Assembly (NCBI RefSeq): GCF_009914755.1
Contig: NC_060934.1
From: the human T2T-CHM13v2.0 reference genome, Homo sapiens
Length of the DNA: 64,000 nt
Strand: one strand, 5' to 3'
Shown: positions 29,384 to 44,001 of the stretch, in pieces
How the letters are laid out: the number at the start of each line of letters is the position of its first letter
Position numbering within the stretch: the stretch's first letter is position 1
The notes under the pieces: generated by a model
The model's database searches: none
Told to the model about the DNA's origin: nothing
What the model saw: only the letters and a program-made list of their open reading frames with translations
Translations under genes and position numbers: made by a program

Positions 29384-30624
29384 CACAAAACCTTTTAAGC
29401 AAAGTCAAAAATGAATATTGAACTTAAAAAATTATTTGGCAATTGTATTACAGACCATGATAAATTTAGATATATATTTATTTTATATATATTTATAAAT
29501 TTATATATATAAATAAAAGGGAATAAAACAAGGTGTAGAATAGTATGTATATTATACTGCTACTTATGCATAAAAGGTGGGACAATAAGAATCTATATTT
29601 ATGAAAAAACTCTGAAAGATGCATGATAATAGTGACAATTTATGGATGGGAAACCTAGGCATGGAAAAAGAGTATGGTGGGGAAAAGACTTAACCTTACA
29701 CGTGCATTTACTTTAAAGCTTTGGACCATGTTCAAGAATAAACAAATTGAATTTTCAAAGAGCAAAATAAAATTCATACTGCCAATAACCTAACAATTAC
29801 ACATGGCTAAAGGGAAATACACAGAATGATATTCATTGAAGCATTTTTCTAGTAGTAAAATACATACAAAAATTATATGTCTGTCAGGAAAGAAATGATT
29901 AAAATATGGTAAATTTGTAATATTGAAGGCTATGCAGCACTTAAAAAAGGTTAAGGTAAGCAAAATACTAATATAACAGAAAGATCTCCAAGACATATTT
30001 TTGAGCAAAAACATGTTTGAGTGCAAAAGATTTGTATGGTGTTGGCAGAACTTATTTATTTAAGAGTACAGTGCTATACACCTTTTTGTGTTTAAAAGCA
30101 CAAAAGTATACACACATGCAGACACACACAGAAATCTATAAATAATTGGAAATAGTTTTGAAAGTGTAGACACAAAACTCCTAACAATAGTTACTTCTAC
30201 GAGAGGACTTTGTTTGGAGTGGAAGAGAGTGGAAGAGGGTGAAAAAGGACTTCAGATTTTTCAGTATTGGAGTTTTTATTAAAATATGCTAATATTTTAC
30301 TCATGCAATAATAATAATAAAAAGTCTCAAAGAAGGTGATAACTTTGGGTGATTTATAACTGTTTTGGAGACTTTGCAAATTTGTTTCCCCAAGGCCAAG
30401 TGATAAATTGTTTCTGTGAAAACATCCCTTTTCTTCTTCAGATTTAAATATTCCAGTGTTGAGAATCCACAGTAAACTTGCTGTACTCTGTCACTGTTGA
30501 GGAATGGGACATTCACATGAATCAAATATGCTGGTAAATAAAGAAATATGGAGAAAAATATAGAGGTACGTGCATATATTGTATGGCTTATAATCTACTG
30601 AGAATGGAGAGGAAGACATCAGCA

Positions 30625-30890
30625 TTAAAAATATTCTTTATTGAGTGAATTCTTTAGATCCAGGCACTGTACTGGAATCTTTACATATGTTTGTGATCTC
30701 ATTTAATCCGGGAAACATCTCATAAAGTTGGATATTATCCCCATTTTATATATGAGGAAATTGAAGCTTAGAAAGATATTTCCTTGTTTACCCAAGGTCC
30801 CAGTGCTAATAAGTGTCCTCCATGAGACGCAAAACCAGGTTTCTCTAACACCTGAAGCCTGTGTTCTTTCCTCTGTTCCATTCTGCCCCC
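30625..30890 (-). mobile_element. MIR, near full length
   Basis: caggcactgtactgg...ctcatttaatcc...tatccccattttatatatgaggaaattgaagcttaga...cccaaggtccca. Confidence 0.8.
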
Positions 30891-32374
30891 TCCCCAATAC
30901 AATACACAACAATACAACTACACTGAATACATTTTAATGTTTCTTGATGATTAGGAGAGCACTTCTGGCTTTTTTGAATGTTTTGGAATCCCTTTATGAG
31001 CGTCAATTATCAGAATACTAGTGAAGCATGGAAATAATGTCTAATTGGAGATATCTGGTTAAAAGAAAGCAGAGTAATACTGCATCGACAGAATTTAGTG
31101 CTTTTATTACAGATAGATAAAGGTATGGCAAAATCACTGGTGTGATTCTTGCATATCCCCTTTATTAATTGATCTGCATGTTCTGAAGGCTGTTATTCCC
31201 TATATACTGATTCCAAATGTTCTGTCTTTATTAGTCCTTTTATATAAAACCTTGTATCTCTATTTGTCATCCTAAAAATATTGCTTAAATACATGATGCA
31301 GCTTCTCTCCACATTGGAATCTGATAACGAAAGGTCTTATCTCTGTAGCCTGAATTAACATGAGCAGAATTTAGGTATACTACGCCAATAGCTTCATGGA
31401 CAGTCCCTTTGGTTATAGATTATAAATGCCATTTAGAGAAAGCACAGGATGGCTCCTGAGTGTCTAGTAAACTTCAACAACCACCTGAGAGATACCTCCG
31501 TGTGACTGCATGAAATGGAAATAAAGAATGGCAAATAACCCATTGACTATGCACTTTCTCACCCGCTGAGAGCAAAACATAATCCGATGCAATTTTAGTA
31601 CTTACATGCCTCTGGGGAAAATAGACCCCTAAAAATCACCGAGTGCAGCACTGGAAAAATTCCTTAAATTTGTGCTATGCTTGGTGTTATAAAACCCAAG
31701 GAACCTTAGATGTTCTTCTTGAGTAAAATGGACTGGTAATTTTGTTTTGTTATATTATCCACCAAGCATAATGATAATGGGTCACATGCAATTTAAGAAA
31801 AAATTAAGTCTAATAAGAAAAATCTCTAATAAATACTAACAGCATCTTATTGGTATCATCATTGGTTTAACCCTTCTATTAACATTTGTTTTTTTACATA
31901 TTAAATGATCTGTAATATGTTGAAAATGAAGAGGATAGTAAAAATTAAAACAGGCATTCTAATAATATATGCATTGTACAAATGTTTGCATGCTTCTTCC
32001 CTCAGGCGAGTACTAGGAGGTGTGGTACATGCATGGGAGTGGTGCTAGGATAGAGCAGGAGATTTTGATTTTAGATATGCTGAGCAGTGAAGATGCTCAG
32101 TGCAGGGGATAGACCCCATCATTAACCAGGAATGCAACCAATTCAATGAAAAACAGAGATTAGAAATCAAAATGTAGCCCCGAGGAAAGTACACAGTTAT
32201 CCCCTCAAATCAGGCTTCTTCTGGGCCACTGAGAAAGGGTGAACGATCTTAGGGAACCTCTGGTACCCAAGCAAAGGGCCTGGGGGCTCCTGTGCATTGA
32301 TAGCTATCCATCACGGGCAATGTGGTAGAGTGGGGTAGAGCTAGAAGGATGTATTCAGGAAGCTGCCATTATTA

Positions 32375-32555
32375 GAAATGTGCTTCTCAAGCCTACATAA
32401 GAATCTCCTAGGGAACAACCATAAAGTAAAAGTGCTTAAGCACGTATTTCCAAGGATTCTAATTCAAGGGAACTGGGTAACACCCTGGCATCTACTGTTT
32501 TTAATGAGTTGTTCTGGTAACACCTCTGCATGTAAACATGTGAAGACGATTGCAT
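32375..32555. mobile_element. MER5A-like hAT relic
   Basis: gtgcttctcaa...aagaatctcctaggga...gattctaattca...ctggcatct...tttttaa...tgaagacgattg. Confidence 0.5.
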
Positions 32556-32719
32556 TAAATGATATTGACAAGGAGTCTCTTTCCCCTAGTCCTTTCCACC
32601 ATGTGGTTTAGGAGAATAGCAACTATTTCCAAACCCTACTGAATAGTGGCAGCCACAAATGTCTTGCCATGTCAGGCTCTCAATGGTTTCTGAGAAAGAT
32701 TGAACAGCCTTCAGGAGGC

Positions 32720-33195
32720 TAATCTATGATTAGGTATTTGCTATGCAAGACACTGTACATGTGTAGAAATGGCAAAGGTCCCTGCCTCAAGGAACTTACA
32801 GTTTAGGAGGACCTAGCAGACAGAAACTCAGACAAATAAATGCAGCAAACTGTGACATTTGCTGTGAAAAGCCATTTGTATTGGATAATGGGGACAAATG
32901 GGGTTTGGTCATTAGCTGAAGGGTTGCCTAGGTCAGCATAAGGCTTGCACAAAGGAGTGGCAGATGAGGACATCACAGGAGCCGTGTTGAGGAGGTCAAA
33001 TACTTGGGTAGTAGCCACATGTTGGTTGTAAATGTGTGTAGGAGGGAAGAGCATGAAATAACTCCCAGGTTTTTCTGGCATGAGTGTCTTTGTGGCAGGT
33101 GAAGCCATTGTGAGGATCAGCATTTGGAAGAACTGGATTTGAAGAGAATGTTGAATATGAAGTATTCATAGTCTGTAAATGGAGATGTTCTAATT
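32720..33195 (-). mobile_element. L2 fragments
   Basis: ggtccctgcctcaaggaacttacagtttag; ataactcccaggtttttctggcatgag. Confidence 0.55.
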
Positions 33196-33412
33196 TGTGA
33201 GTCAGCAAACTTTTATCACAAATGGCCACATAGTAGGCATTTTAGGCATTGCAGGTCAGTCTTTGCCATGACCACTCAACTCTAGCATTCTAGTGTGCAG
33301 GTAGTCATAGGCAATATGGAAGCCAATGGGGTTGGCTGTGTTCCAATAAGACTATTTAGAAAAACAGGCAGTGGGCCAGATTTGGCCCATGGGAGCTAGC
33401 TTGCCACTCCTG
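33196..33412 (+). mobile_element. MER58A (hAT-Charlie)
   Basis: gtcagcaaactttt...ggctgtgttccaataagactattta...caggcagtgggccagatttggcccatggg...gccactcctg. Confidence 0.85.
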
Positions 33413-33599
33413 CTATATGTATAGGTATGATCTGAAGATAAAAATATAAATGTAGCTATGTTGACTCACATACATACATATATATATTATATATATTTAC
33501 CTAGTATCTTTCTATGTAGACTTATAATCATACCTATTTGATATAAACGCTGCACTTCCTGGTTATTTGGGATAAACAGTTTTTTCAAACTATCCAAAA

Positions 33600-34330
33600 G
33601 TCACCTAATAATTGTCTATAAAGAAACAATTAAATATGAAAATATAAATTAAAACAACAAAATACATTTTGTACTCAGTGGTTCAGCAAAATTTAAAAAT
33701 CTGGTGATACCAAGTGTTACCAAGGTTGTAGAGCAACAAAAACTGAAAAGCTATTTCAATGGGAGTTGTGAATTAATGTATCTCTATTGGAAAACAATTG
33801 ATTATTTTCTAGTGAATTTGAATATATATGCCAATCCTAAGTTCCAGAAATCTCACTCCTGGGACTCTACCACAGGAAAAACTATTATACATGCTCAGAT
33901 CAATATGAACTATACTCATAGCATAACAAAACAAAAAAACAGAAGCCGGAAACAACCCAAAATGATTCATTAAATAAAGTGAAATAACATTCAATATGGA
34001 CAAATCTAAAAATCAAAAGAAAAAGAAACCGACTGAATGATACCATATAATATCCTTTATATAAAGCTTGAAAGTGCCAAACAAAACACTGTTGTAAAAG
34101 GGTCCTTACATTTTTGGCAAAACTAGGATGAAAACCATGAAAATGAAAAACTCAAAATGCAGGTAGGTGGAGGCAAAAAACAAAAAAAAAAAATAAATAA
34201 ATTCTGACCTGATAGGAACGACCAACGGGATTTATTTATTTCTAAGCTTGGTAATGGGTAGACAGATATTTTTAAAATGATAGCTCTTATTATTTTACAT
34301 ATGTTATATTTGTTCCTTAACATCAAGCAA
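33600..34330 (+). mobile_element. Ancient L1ME-like 3' region
   Basis: gataccaagtgttaccaaggttgtagagcaac, gggagttgtgaatt, ggaaacaacccaaaatg. Confidence 0.6.
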
Positions 34331-35599
34331 GTCTTGCATGATAATGAAAAGGCAAAACCAAAATCTTATTAAGTTATCAATTTTATATTTTCAAAAAATA
34401 ATTAAGTCAAGTTTATTCTTTTGTTCAAAAGAAACGTTCATTATGGGGACCGATTTTTTTTTTTTTTGGTCTGGCTCTGTTTCTTTCCAGTCATGTCACC
34501 TCTCCCCATGACAGAGGGTCAGCTGGCTTCCAGTGTTTCAGCTAGGCAGGAGTCGGGGATTATGGATAGCATAGAAGAGGGAGGAATATCAGGAAGGAGC
34601 TAACGTTGCTGGTGTAGGGTCATTTGAGTTCCTGTATCTCTAGGAGAACAAGCATTGTCTTTGGCATAGGACAGAATGTGGTCAGAATCCTCTCTGTCAC
34701 TCAGAAAGTAATTCCATTGCTGTCTTAATATTATCCTAGTCATCTGGGGTTGCAGGAACACTGTGTAGTGGTTTTGCGGTGTGGAAGCTATTGCTACATA
34801 ATTTTTTATTTCTTGAATATCACTTTGTAGTGTCATGATTACAAGGCTTGGAAGAAGATAAACTCTCTGTCCATTCCGAGTATAAATGGGCACTTGAGAT
34901 GAAACCACCTCGTTAATTTCCCCTTGTTGCTGAAGTAGAATCTGAATCCAAACCACAACACAACCTAGCCCCTAAATCTCTATTAAAAACCACCTTGGGT
35001 AGTCTGGCAAAGCTTTATTTAAAGTCAGCAGAGAATTATAAAGTCAAACGTGAAAAATGGTACAACAAGAAAGAATCATAAAAAAATACTAGATCAGTTA
35101 AATGTAGTCAAAGGCAATTTAGTGTGTTCTGGCACCAGCACTTATTGATGCAAAGAATGTGATATGTCAGGGGTTGGCAAGAGCATGTAGGAAATGCAGA
35201 ATGAAGGATGCAGCTCCACGCATTGACTCCGAAACAGCCATACATGGCTGCAGAGGATGCTTCAGCTACCTTCCTTGCTTTTCTATCAGGAATTTCAGGG
35301 AGAATATTCGAATTCCCCTAGGATGGACATTTTCTGTTCTTTTGTTCTTGATATAGTTTATGTTTTAAAGTAGAATTCTTTCTTTCATGGAGATAAGCTA
35401 ACATGGAGACTGTGTAAATTGGGTCAGACCAGGAGGGTAAGTAAAACTTGCTGGTACTTCTGAGTATCCTACTATTCTAGTTTCTCTGGGGCTGCTACAT
35501 TTATCTGCTTTTTTACATCCATCTCCAAGCTGTGAGGGTTTCTGCCTCATCTTCTTCACCCCTTTGGTTTCCCATTCACCAATATTAGCAGATTTGCTC

Positions 35600-35840
35600 A
35601 GTAATGAACACAGCTACCAATGTTATGCACCCACCCCTTTCCAGGCACTGTGCTAGGCCCTGCATATACATTCTCTCACTAATCCTCAACAAGCCCCGGT
35701 GATTCTTAGAACTCTAGTCTGAAAAAAAAAAAAAGGCCCTGTGAGATAGGTCTTATCAGCATGTTGATTTTACACATAAGGACAACTAGGGCTAAGAGAC
35801 TTAGAGCTCATTTGAGGTGCCACAGAAACAGAACTCACTA
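35600..35840 (-). mobile_element. MIR (interrupted)
   Basis: ccaggcactgtgctagg...taatcctcaac; gattttacacataaggacaactagggctaagaga. Confidence 0.65.
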
Positions 35841-35934
35841 GGCCGGACTCCTGTATAGGAGCAGGCGCTATGTAAGAAGTGTTGGTTCTCTAACTTCATC
35901 AACAGTAAAAGGTGGGTGCCAGTACCTCTAGGGG

Positions 35935-36160
35935 ACAGAGTACAGGATAGTATAGTGTCAAGAGCATCAGGCTGAAGTCTGGGTTTGAATCCTGGCTTTG
36001 CCACTTATTGACTCTGTGACTCTGGAGAAGGTACTTGACCACTCTGCATCTCCCTCTCCATAAAATAGGGACAATAATAACACCTGCCTTACTAAGGTTG
36101 TTGTGAGGATTATGTAAGTTGCTATGAATAGTTTCAAATAGTTACTGTGGAAGTGCTGAA
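35935..36160 (+). mobile_element. MIR
   Basis: ctgggtttgaatcctggctttgccacttattgactctgtgactctggagaag...taaaatagggacaataata...ggttgttgtgaggatt. Confidence 0.85.
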
Positions 36161-36701
36161 TGGTAGTCCCCTTACCTCTAGGGGATGCATTCAAGATCCC
36201 AGTGGATGCCTGAAACCATGGAGAGTACTGAACCCTATGTATACTGTATTATTTTTTTGTGTGTACATTTATAACTGTGGTAAAGTTTAGTATAATTATT
36301 AGGCATGGTAAGAGATAACGATAACTGATAATAAAATAGAACAATTATAAGAATATTCCAGCATCACTACGCTTGCACTTTGGGGCCATTATTAAGTAAA
36401 ATAGGGTTACTTCAACACAACCACTGCCATACCACAACAGCCAATCCAATAGCTGAGACAGCTTCTAGGTGACTAAGCGGCCGATTCTATATACAGAATG
36501 GACACACTGGACATAGCGATGACTCACATCCTGGGCAGGATGGAACAGGATGGTGTGAGATTTTATCATGCTACTCAGAATGGCATGCAATTTCAAACTT
36601 ATGGATTGTTGATTTCTGGAATTTTCTATTCAATATTTTCAGACTCTAGTTGACTGTGGGTAACTAAAACCATGCAGAAAGTGGATAAGGAGGGACTACT
36701 G
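36161..36701. mobile_element. MER44B (Tigger7-derived), opposite in orientation to the copy at 54.6 kb
   Basis: Inverted termini gtagtccccttacc / ggataaggagggactactg-ta; cagtggatgcctgaaaccatggagagtactgaaccctat. Confidence 0.85.
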
Positions 36702-37342
36702 TATACATATTGTTGCTGCTGCTGTTTCTATTATTATTATTATCAATAGTGTTGTTATTTTTGTCTTAAAAAATATATCCCTGAAAGTAGAGTGCCTTCA
36801 CTGAAAGAAGTGGTTGTGGATGGAATCAGGGACAGGGGAGGTGGAAGGACCAGCCCCTGTGGCAGGTCAGATGGGAGGATGTTCTTAGACATGCCACTCG
36901 GTACCCTTGAAATCCTACTTTGGTGTGGGCCATATCCACTTTTGGTAAACTCATTTGCCCCAAATGAAGCAGCTTTTGAAGATCAAACAAGAAAACTGGA
37001 TTCTTTGAGTATATCCAGCTTGAGTACTTCCATGTTCAAAATGCCTTTCTTTCCTGTCTACAGATTCACCTCTAGGAGAGAAGGAAAGAAGTTTGGAGAC
37101 TTCCTTTGGTTCTAGCAGGTCTTATCAGAGTCTCAGTGTAGACTGAAGAGGAGTGATTGCTATACTGTAAATGCTTTAGAGGGTCTGAAAGAGATTAGAG
37201 AAACCTATTCCAGAGGATAAAGGCAGGACAAGAGGGAGCCATTAATCTCATGGACATTACATTCCCTAAGAACTTTTTTTGGGAATGGCCAGAAGCATGC
37301 CAGGCCATGTGCTGTCCATTTGCAATTCTCTGAGCTGTGGAG

Positions 37343-37343
<1 letters not shown>

Positions 37344-37379
<36 letters not shown>
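37344..37379 (+). repeat. (TG)18 microsatellite
   Basis: Perfect TG run. Confidence 0.95.
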
Positions 37380-37381
<2 letters not shown>

Positions 37382-38694
37382 ATAGATTGAGGCCAATGTC
37401 ATTGCCTCATTTACAATGGTTCTTAAACTTGAACTGAAAGGTTGACACATGCATGCAGAGTCAATGCAGATTATTCGACTGAAGTAGTCCTGACAAATAC
37501 CAGGGCTCTCCACATTGTCAGGAACAGTCTGATGATGACACGTTCGAAGCTCCGCAGACTGGCTTGCATCTTAGTAAATGTGTACAATCAGGGGAGACAT
37601 AGCTATGCCGTGGAGAGTTCTGAGATGTGAAGAGAACAAGTTAATTGTTCAGCCTCAACTGAGACCTTTCACTCAAGTCATTAATCACAGTGCACAGTCT
37701 GGAGTCTTGGCTCTGAAGTTCGATTCTTTAGGCTGCTTTCCTGCTCCAGATGAAAGCTCATTCCAGGTGCTGGCCATTTGTGTTTTCCTCCAACTAGGCT
37801 GATTTATGGACCTGGAGATGTTTTCTGGTTTTTCCAAATTCTGTTCCATTACTTTGTAATAAGGGGGGACATGTGATTTCTGGCTTTTTGCAGATCCTCA
37901 GTTTTAACATCCCTAATACCAAAGATTTTTAAAATTAGTCTGTGGTCTGCTTTCTGTGATCTGGAGAATAGAAATGCTGTTCTGTATTTTGAGTATCAAA
38001 GTTAAGACTTTAGGGACTCATTTCTTTCCCCTTGAGCTGGAGTTGAAGTTGCAAGGGATGGGCAGGAAACTGTGTTCCTGCCTTCAACATCCCAATGCAA
38101 ATTAAGGCTTGGGAAGCCCTAGTGACAGCAACTGACTGCAGGTGTTGGAGATATCCCCGTCCCACCCGAATACATATGGCTCAGGGTATAATATTAAAGG
38201 ACTTCCACACTTGGGCTAGGTCTCTGGTGACAGTGTAAGCCAATATTGAAGATTTCAAAGGAGAATCTGAGTGTCAAAGGAGGACATTGTGATATGGAGG
38301 CTGAACAGGGTGCTGCCAAGTGTTAGCTGTTTGACTGAAAGGTAAACCAGATCTGAGTTGATATGGGGCAACAGATCCCTTGGGAGTTTTCCCAGGAGGA
38401 TAGAAATGTGTCACAGCAAAGTAATTGGAAATTGATATTTGGCATATCTCTGGGTTACTTTTTATTCCAGATAATACCAAGAGTCACTTGGTATTGGCCA
38501 AGAGTCATTAGTGACTTATACATCAAATCCCATAACCCATTGCTGAAATACAATCTTCTGTTCGTTGACAGTAGCCAGCTGCTTCCTGGTCCTCTGCTTC
38601 CTAACTAGTACTTTATGTTAAAGGCCCATGGCCCTGATTTAGGTGAAATGAGTGGTAAAAATAGCAATTCAATCTTATAAAAAACCTGTCTATA

Positions 38695-38972
38695 CTTTTA
38701 AAAAATTGATATATAATCATTGTACATATCTATGCGGTGCATGTGGTATTTTGATACACGCATATAATGTGTAATTATTAAACCAGGGTATTTGTGATAT
38801 TTATCACCTCCAACATTTATCATTTCTGCGTGTTAGGAACATTTCAAATCTTCTAGCTGTTTTGAGATATAAAATAAATTATTTTTAACTATAGTCATAA
38901 TTGTGCTGTCGAACATGATGTCTTCTATCTAACTAAATGTTTGTGCCCGTAACCAGCCTCTCTTCATCCCCC
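38695..38972 (-). mobile_element. L1MA-type 3' end
   Basis: aattgatatataatcattgtacatatctatgcggtgcatgtggtattttgatac...ttaggaacatttcaaatc. Confidence 0.8.
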
Positions 38973-39044
38973 TGCACTGCACCAATTCTACCTTTTGATA
39001 ATTCTCTGAAACGAAATTTTCACTGGCAGTGCTGTCCTTAAAAT

Positions 39045-39330
39045 TCAACTCAACTCAACAGGTACTTGTTCAGAGCCTCCTATGGGCTTTATATTGTGTT
39101 GTGTGCCCTGGGACCTATAAAATAAGTATCAAACATGACCTTTGCCCTTGAAAAGCTTATGAGCTCATAGGAAGGATGATGTGTTTATGAAACACATTTT
39201 ACGTGGCAAGATAAGCTATCGTGTATGTGCCAAAGTGACTAGAATCGGGAATAAGTGCAACAGAGAGTCAGAAAAATGAGAGTAGGTTGTACTGGAACTG
39301 TCAGAGAAGCTCTTATGGATGAGGTGGGAC
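39045..39330 (-). mobile_element. L2 3' region
   Basis: caactcaacaggtacttgttcagagcctcctatggg...tgcccttgaaaagcttat...tcagagaagctcttatggatgaggtg. Confidence 0.6.
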
Positions 39331-42300
39331 AAAGACACAAATATCCTAAACCCAGAACTCTCCGTTAAAGAAATTGTAAGAAGCACAGCATCAGGTTACC
39401 AAGAAATTATGGAGCCCTTTTAAGTGAAAGTAATTTGTTCAATATGAGAATGGATTAATTTAGTTCCATAAATATTTATTGAGTACATGCAATGTGCCAA
39501 CAACTATACCTGATGTGATCAAGGAAGAATAATGAGTACAAAGGACACGTGTGTGTTATTCTCAGATGCTAACTTCTCTCACATAGGTATTTAAAGTTAT
39601 TGCTGGTCTGTTGATTCCAAAGTCTGTGATTTTTATCATTTACCATTCAACCTCTCAAAAAGACTTTGTCATCCAAGATATATTTGGTTGAGGGGCTGAG
39701 TCTAATTTTTTGTGTGGTGGAAAAATGGCATGTCTAACTGCATAAGTTGTATGAAGTGTAAAGAGTTGCATGCATGCCGATTGTGAAAGAAAGGGACGTT
39801 GAATTAGCATTGAATGTGGGCCCAAATTATTGGGTTAGGGAGTATTTGGAGTAGCATTAGAAAAGCCTGAACCTGGCCCACATTCAGGGCTATAAGTGAA
39901 GCCCAAGTTCTCTATAGATCAAGCTTTTCTTGGAACTTGTATTGTTCCCCTTGACAGCTGATTTGGAAACCCAATTAGAAGGGCCTCCCATCATTAGAGG
40001 TGAGGCAGTCTTGCACTGAGCTTTGTTATTTGAGAAGTTTAAAACTGGCTACACCCAGATATATTGGATAACTCACTAAAATCTAGAATTGATCTGTATT
40101 CCTCCTTGTAAAATAAGGAAAGCCATTATGTGTTCATTTCTTTGAGGACAGGTATAACTGGACAATTGCAAAGTGTTTTAGAAAGAAAACAATGTCAGGA
40201 TGATAGTGGTGGTAGTGGTCATCGTCATGGAGATGGTAGTTATTATTCCAAATATCCAGATAATTTTAAAATAATATAACCATAGAACGCTAGTAAATGC
40301 TAGAAAGAATCTAAGATATCAGGCATGGAGGCACAGAGGTGTCAAAGTTTATTTAGCGAAGCAATACCAGAAGAGAACTAGAAAATCCTGCTTCCTAGCT
40401 GGCTGTCATTTGCATACAACAATGAGACCCCTGCTTAGTAACCCCTGTGTTTCTGCCACCCATGTGACTGCTTTCTGAAGCTAATTTAGTTATCAAATAA
40501 AAAATGGAATTTTGAGAAAACCGTATTTTTTTTTAAACTGGAGGGATTGGTGGAAGGAAAAGCAAGAAGAAATTTGGAATCTTGGTTCCTGACATTTTCC
40601 TTAATGTTCAATTACTCTCTTCATTGGAAAGCTTCGTCTTGGCCTCTATGGGTGACACATCCACTTGTGGTCACTCACTCCTATGTATGCGTGTACATCT
40701 GTTGATATGCATTCCTCTTCATCATCTGTAGGCATTTTACAAATAATGGCTTGTGTGTGCGTGTGTTTTTTATCATCTTATGTTTTTAAATGAAAATGAC
40801 AACTTGAAAATTCTTTGCAGAAATAATTCTTCTATGGTAAAGGAATTTCAGCGTGTCTTCCAGGGTCATCTTTGGGTCACATAATTTCATGGAGGAGTTG
40901 GCAGTGGGTGGGAGGGATATAAACAATGACTTTGGAATTTTTATCTTTCCATCCTGTGGCAGGTGGGCAATGTTGGTAACAAAGAAAGTTGGTTGGTGGA
41001 GAACTAGGAAAATATAGTCAAATAAGAAAGGTACAACAAGATGTGAGTGCAAACCAAAAAATTGGCAAGTGCAAAACAAAAAATTGGCAAGGCATAGAAA
41101 GAGAGAAGAGGAGGCATGGATACTTTTCCCCTCTCTTCCAACCCTGCTCCTCTGTGAAGCCATTGCTGAGGTGGGGGTGCGATCAGGAGAGTATATAAAG
41201 GAGCTTGGACTTTGCAGTTGTAACTCTTGTTTTTGATGAAACTGTTTTGGAAGCTTTCTTCTTGAATAGAGCTGGGGGATCTGAGTGGGACTCAGAAGAG
41301 AGGAGAAAGGCCATTTGGAACTCGATCCAGATTCTGGGTTTAAAGATGAGAAAGTATTACAGGGTTTCCATAAACCACGGAGTTCAGGTTGGCAGCATGG
41401 AAATCTGATCCAGTTTTTACTCACCAAACTATGTGTGTGGAGGTACACATCAGAGGGGTACCTTTTTCATATTTATCCAAAGCACTGTGTAGAAGAGACT
41501 AGTCCCTGGATGGGGGAATTTTAAACTTCCTTCTAAGTTTTCCAATCCTATCTGCATATTTTTAGAGCCGGAGTTTCTAAGCAAGGCACTCTATATTGTT
41601 TGTTCTCTTGGGTAGTTAAGCACAGACAGCAGGGAAGCATGGTGGCTCACAGAGTGAACTAGCTGCAGAGACCAACTTATCCAATGAACAAAGTAGGTGT
41701 AAAATGAAAATGACTAAAGGGGTCCTTGATTTCACTCTCTTGAGAAGTCAGCCACAAAGCCAAGTGCCTAGAGACCCACATTTCCAGCTTCTCTCGTCTC
41801 CAGTCTCCCTTTAGGAAGGCTGTGAGCAAACCTGGCCTTCGTGGTTCTTTCTTCCGTCTGTAAACTCCCTGTAATTATTATGCAGTTCCTTATGCTAGGT
41901 ACCATGGGAGTGTGAGGCCTCCGGAAGAAACTCTTGACTTTGAGGAGCTTGGAGGCCATTGTGAAAACAGGAAAGACAAGCACAATCCTGGTAAATGAAG
42001 TGTGTACAAAGCCTGTTTGACAACAAAGTCCTCTCTAGAGGACCTTGAAAAATCAGAGACCGCCATCCCATATGGAGAGGTCCTTCCACCCTCACCTCAG
42101 GGGCTGTTTTTCTCTCACTGAAGAATGAAAATGGTAAATGGCCTCAAGCAAGCTAAAAGCAGATCCCTCAGCTTTATTCATTTCCTGGCTGCAATACTTG
42201 GTGGTAGTATTAGAAAAGGCTCTGGCAGTCCTCGTAGGAGAAATGCCAGTAATGAGGCAATGGAACGTTCATTCACCTGCTTTATGTTCTTTTGGAAATA

Positions 42301-44001
42301 ACATGATTTATAAAAGAATACAGAATCATAATTGTCAGCCAAGATGTCATTTTAACCTTAGGATGTCCAGAAACAAAGGGATATTACATCCTTTGTTCTT
42401 GGAGCACCACTGGTGTCAAATTATGCACAGCGTTTCCTCTTGGCATTAAGTGCTTGTGAGCCTAACAGCAACCAAACACTGACTTCAGAAAGATGATGTT
42501 TCTGATGGTTTTCTCACCTGAATATCTCCTTGGTACTATGGGAGAGAGCATGGGCCTCCTAGCTTCCCTGCATTCTGATAGAGCAGGAGCCAGGAGGCAT
42601 GGCAGTCTTAGAAATGGCTAAGGGTTGGGGTACACTGTCTTTGGCCTCTATCAGAGGAGCTGAACAAGAGTCCCATTAAAATGCTGGTGAAATAATTCAT
42701 AACCTTGATTTTATCTGCACATCAACATATGCCAACAGATGCTCAGTGCAAAACATGAATATTTGATTAATATAAAATCAGGCATCTAGAGCAGAGAGCG
42801 TGGAATGTTGGGGGTTGAGTAGGACTTACATGTTATCCATCTAATCGCAGCTGTCTGGATGCACATAGTAGGCATTGGAAATATCCATAATTATATTTTC
42901 ATTGATTTGAATAACTCTGTTGCTTGGTTTTGAGCCCAGATGTTTGGCGTCCCGCTGGAACTGTGTGCTCTGCCTCCTGTCATCAGTCTCATCAGCACAC
43001 AGATGTTCGGCAAGGGACAGCATTCCTCTAGTCTTCATTGTGAGGCCTCTTCTCTGTTCTCCCAGCCCATCCACTCGGGCTCCTGTGACAGTCAGCCACA
43101 GAACACACTGCAGGTCACCCATGGAGCTAGGTGCAGAAACTGTCCACCACACCATTTTGTCATTGTGGTTTTATCCAAAGGCAGAGAACATTGGAGCCTC
43201 AGCTAACAGACCAGACTAATGCTGGTAACAAGTACTTGAGTGGTTATTTCATCATTCATTCCATTGGTCATTGAAAAAATATTGAGTAAAGGCTTATTAG
43301 TCCACAGCACTTCCCTGAAACCTGAAGAAGACATAGGAGAAGACCCTTGGTAGGAGATGGAGAAGGTTGCACTGTGAGTGAGAATATGAGACATTCATTA
43401 ACTTCTAGGGAATGATAAGACTGGTTACATTAGTGCTGATGACATTCACAGCAGAGGGGAGGGGAAGCTAGTTGGTAGAGTGGATAGATAGTACACTAGA
43501 TCCAAGTCTGTATCTTGAATCTCTCTCATAACACCAGCGTGTGGCTGTAAACCCAGGCCTCCGGTTTCCTCTGTAAAATAAAGGAGATGCACTAAGATGC
43601 TTTCTATGCCTTTCAGTACTATCCTTCAGTTTGCTCTGATCAAGAATTGAAGAGATCCCCATATTCCCGTGGTTTAATTTTCCCTGAAGACCTTGGACTG
43701 ACCACTTTCGTAAGTAATCAGGTAGACTTCTAATAGTCAAAGGACACATGAATGAAAGGTAGTGAAAGAAGGCATACACTGATGCCTTAATATCTTGGTT
43801 AGAATAGCGGCTTTTGAAAGTCTATGAAAATCAATTTTGGATAATAATAGAAAAATTCGTTAAGGCTGGGAGTAGAGCTTTGCTTCAAAGTGAAATAGCA
43901 GCAAGTTTTACCTTTGCTCATGTACCATCATTCTTGAATTAGTTATTAATCTCAGGACCAAGAGCAACTTGTTGCCCTTGGATCGGTCCAGTGGCATTTC
44001 T

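Noticed and set aside
29470-29518. AT-only quasi-palindrome (cruciform)
   Set aside because: Short, imperfect low-complexity TA tract within old L1
34491-34620. Acceptor-like ctctgtttctttccag followed by a purine-rich block
   Set aside because: All frames stop within about 115 nt and no convincing donor follows; a non-coding exon cannot be excluded
35290-35442. Possible cryptic exon ending at agg|gtaagt (35436/35437)
   Set aside because: The donor is good, but the acceptors are ambiguous and there is no coding or CpG signal
40786-41448. 220-aa ORF on the - strand
   Set aside because: No recognisable domain, low-complexity S/L/F composition and no convincing splice context; consistent with a chance ORF
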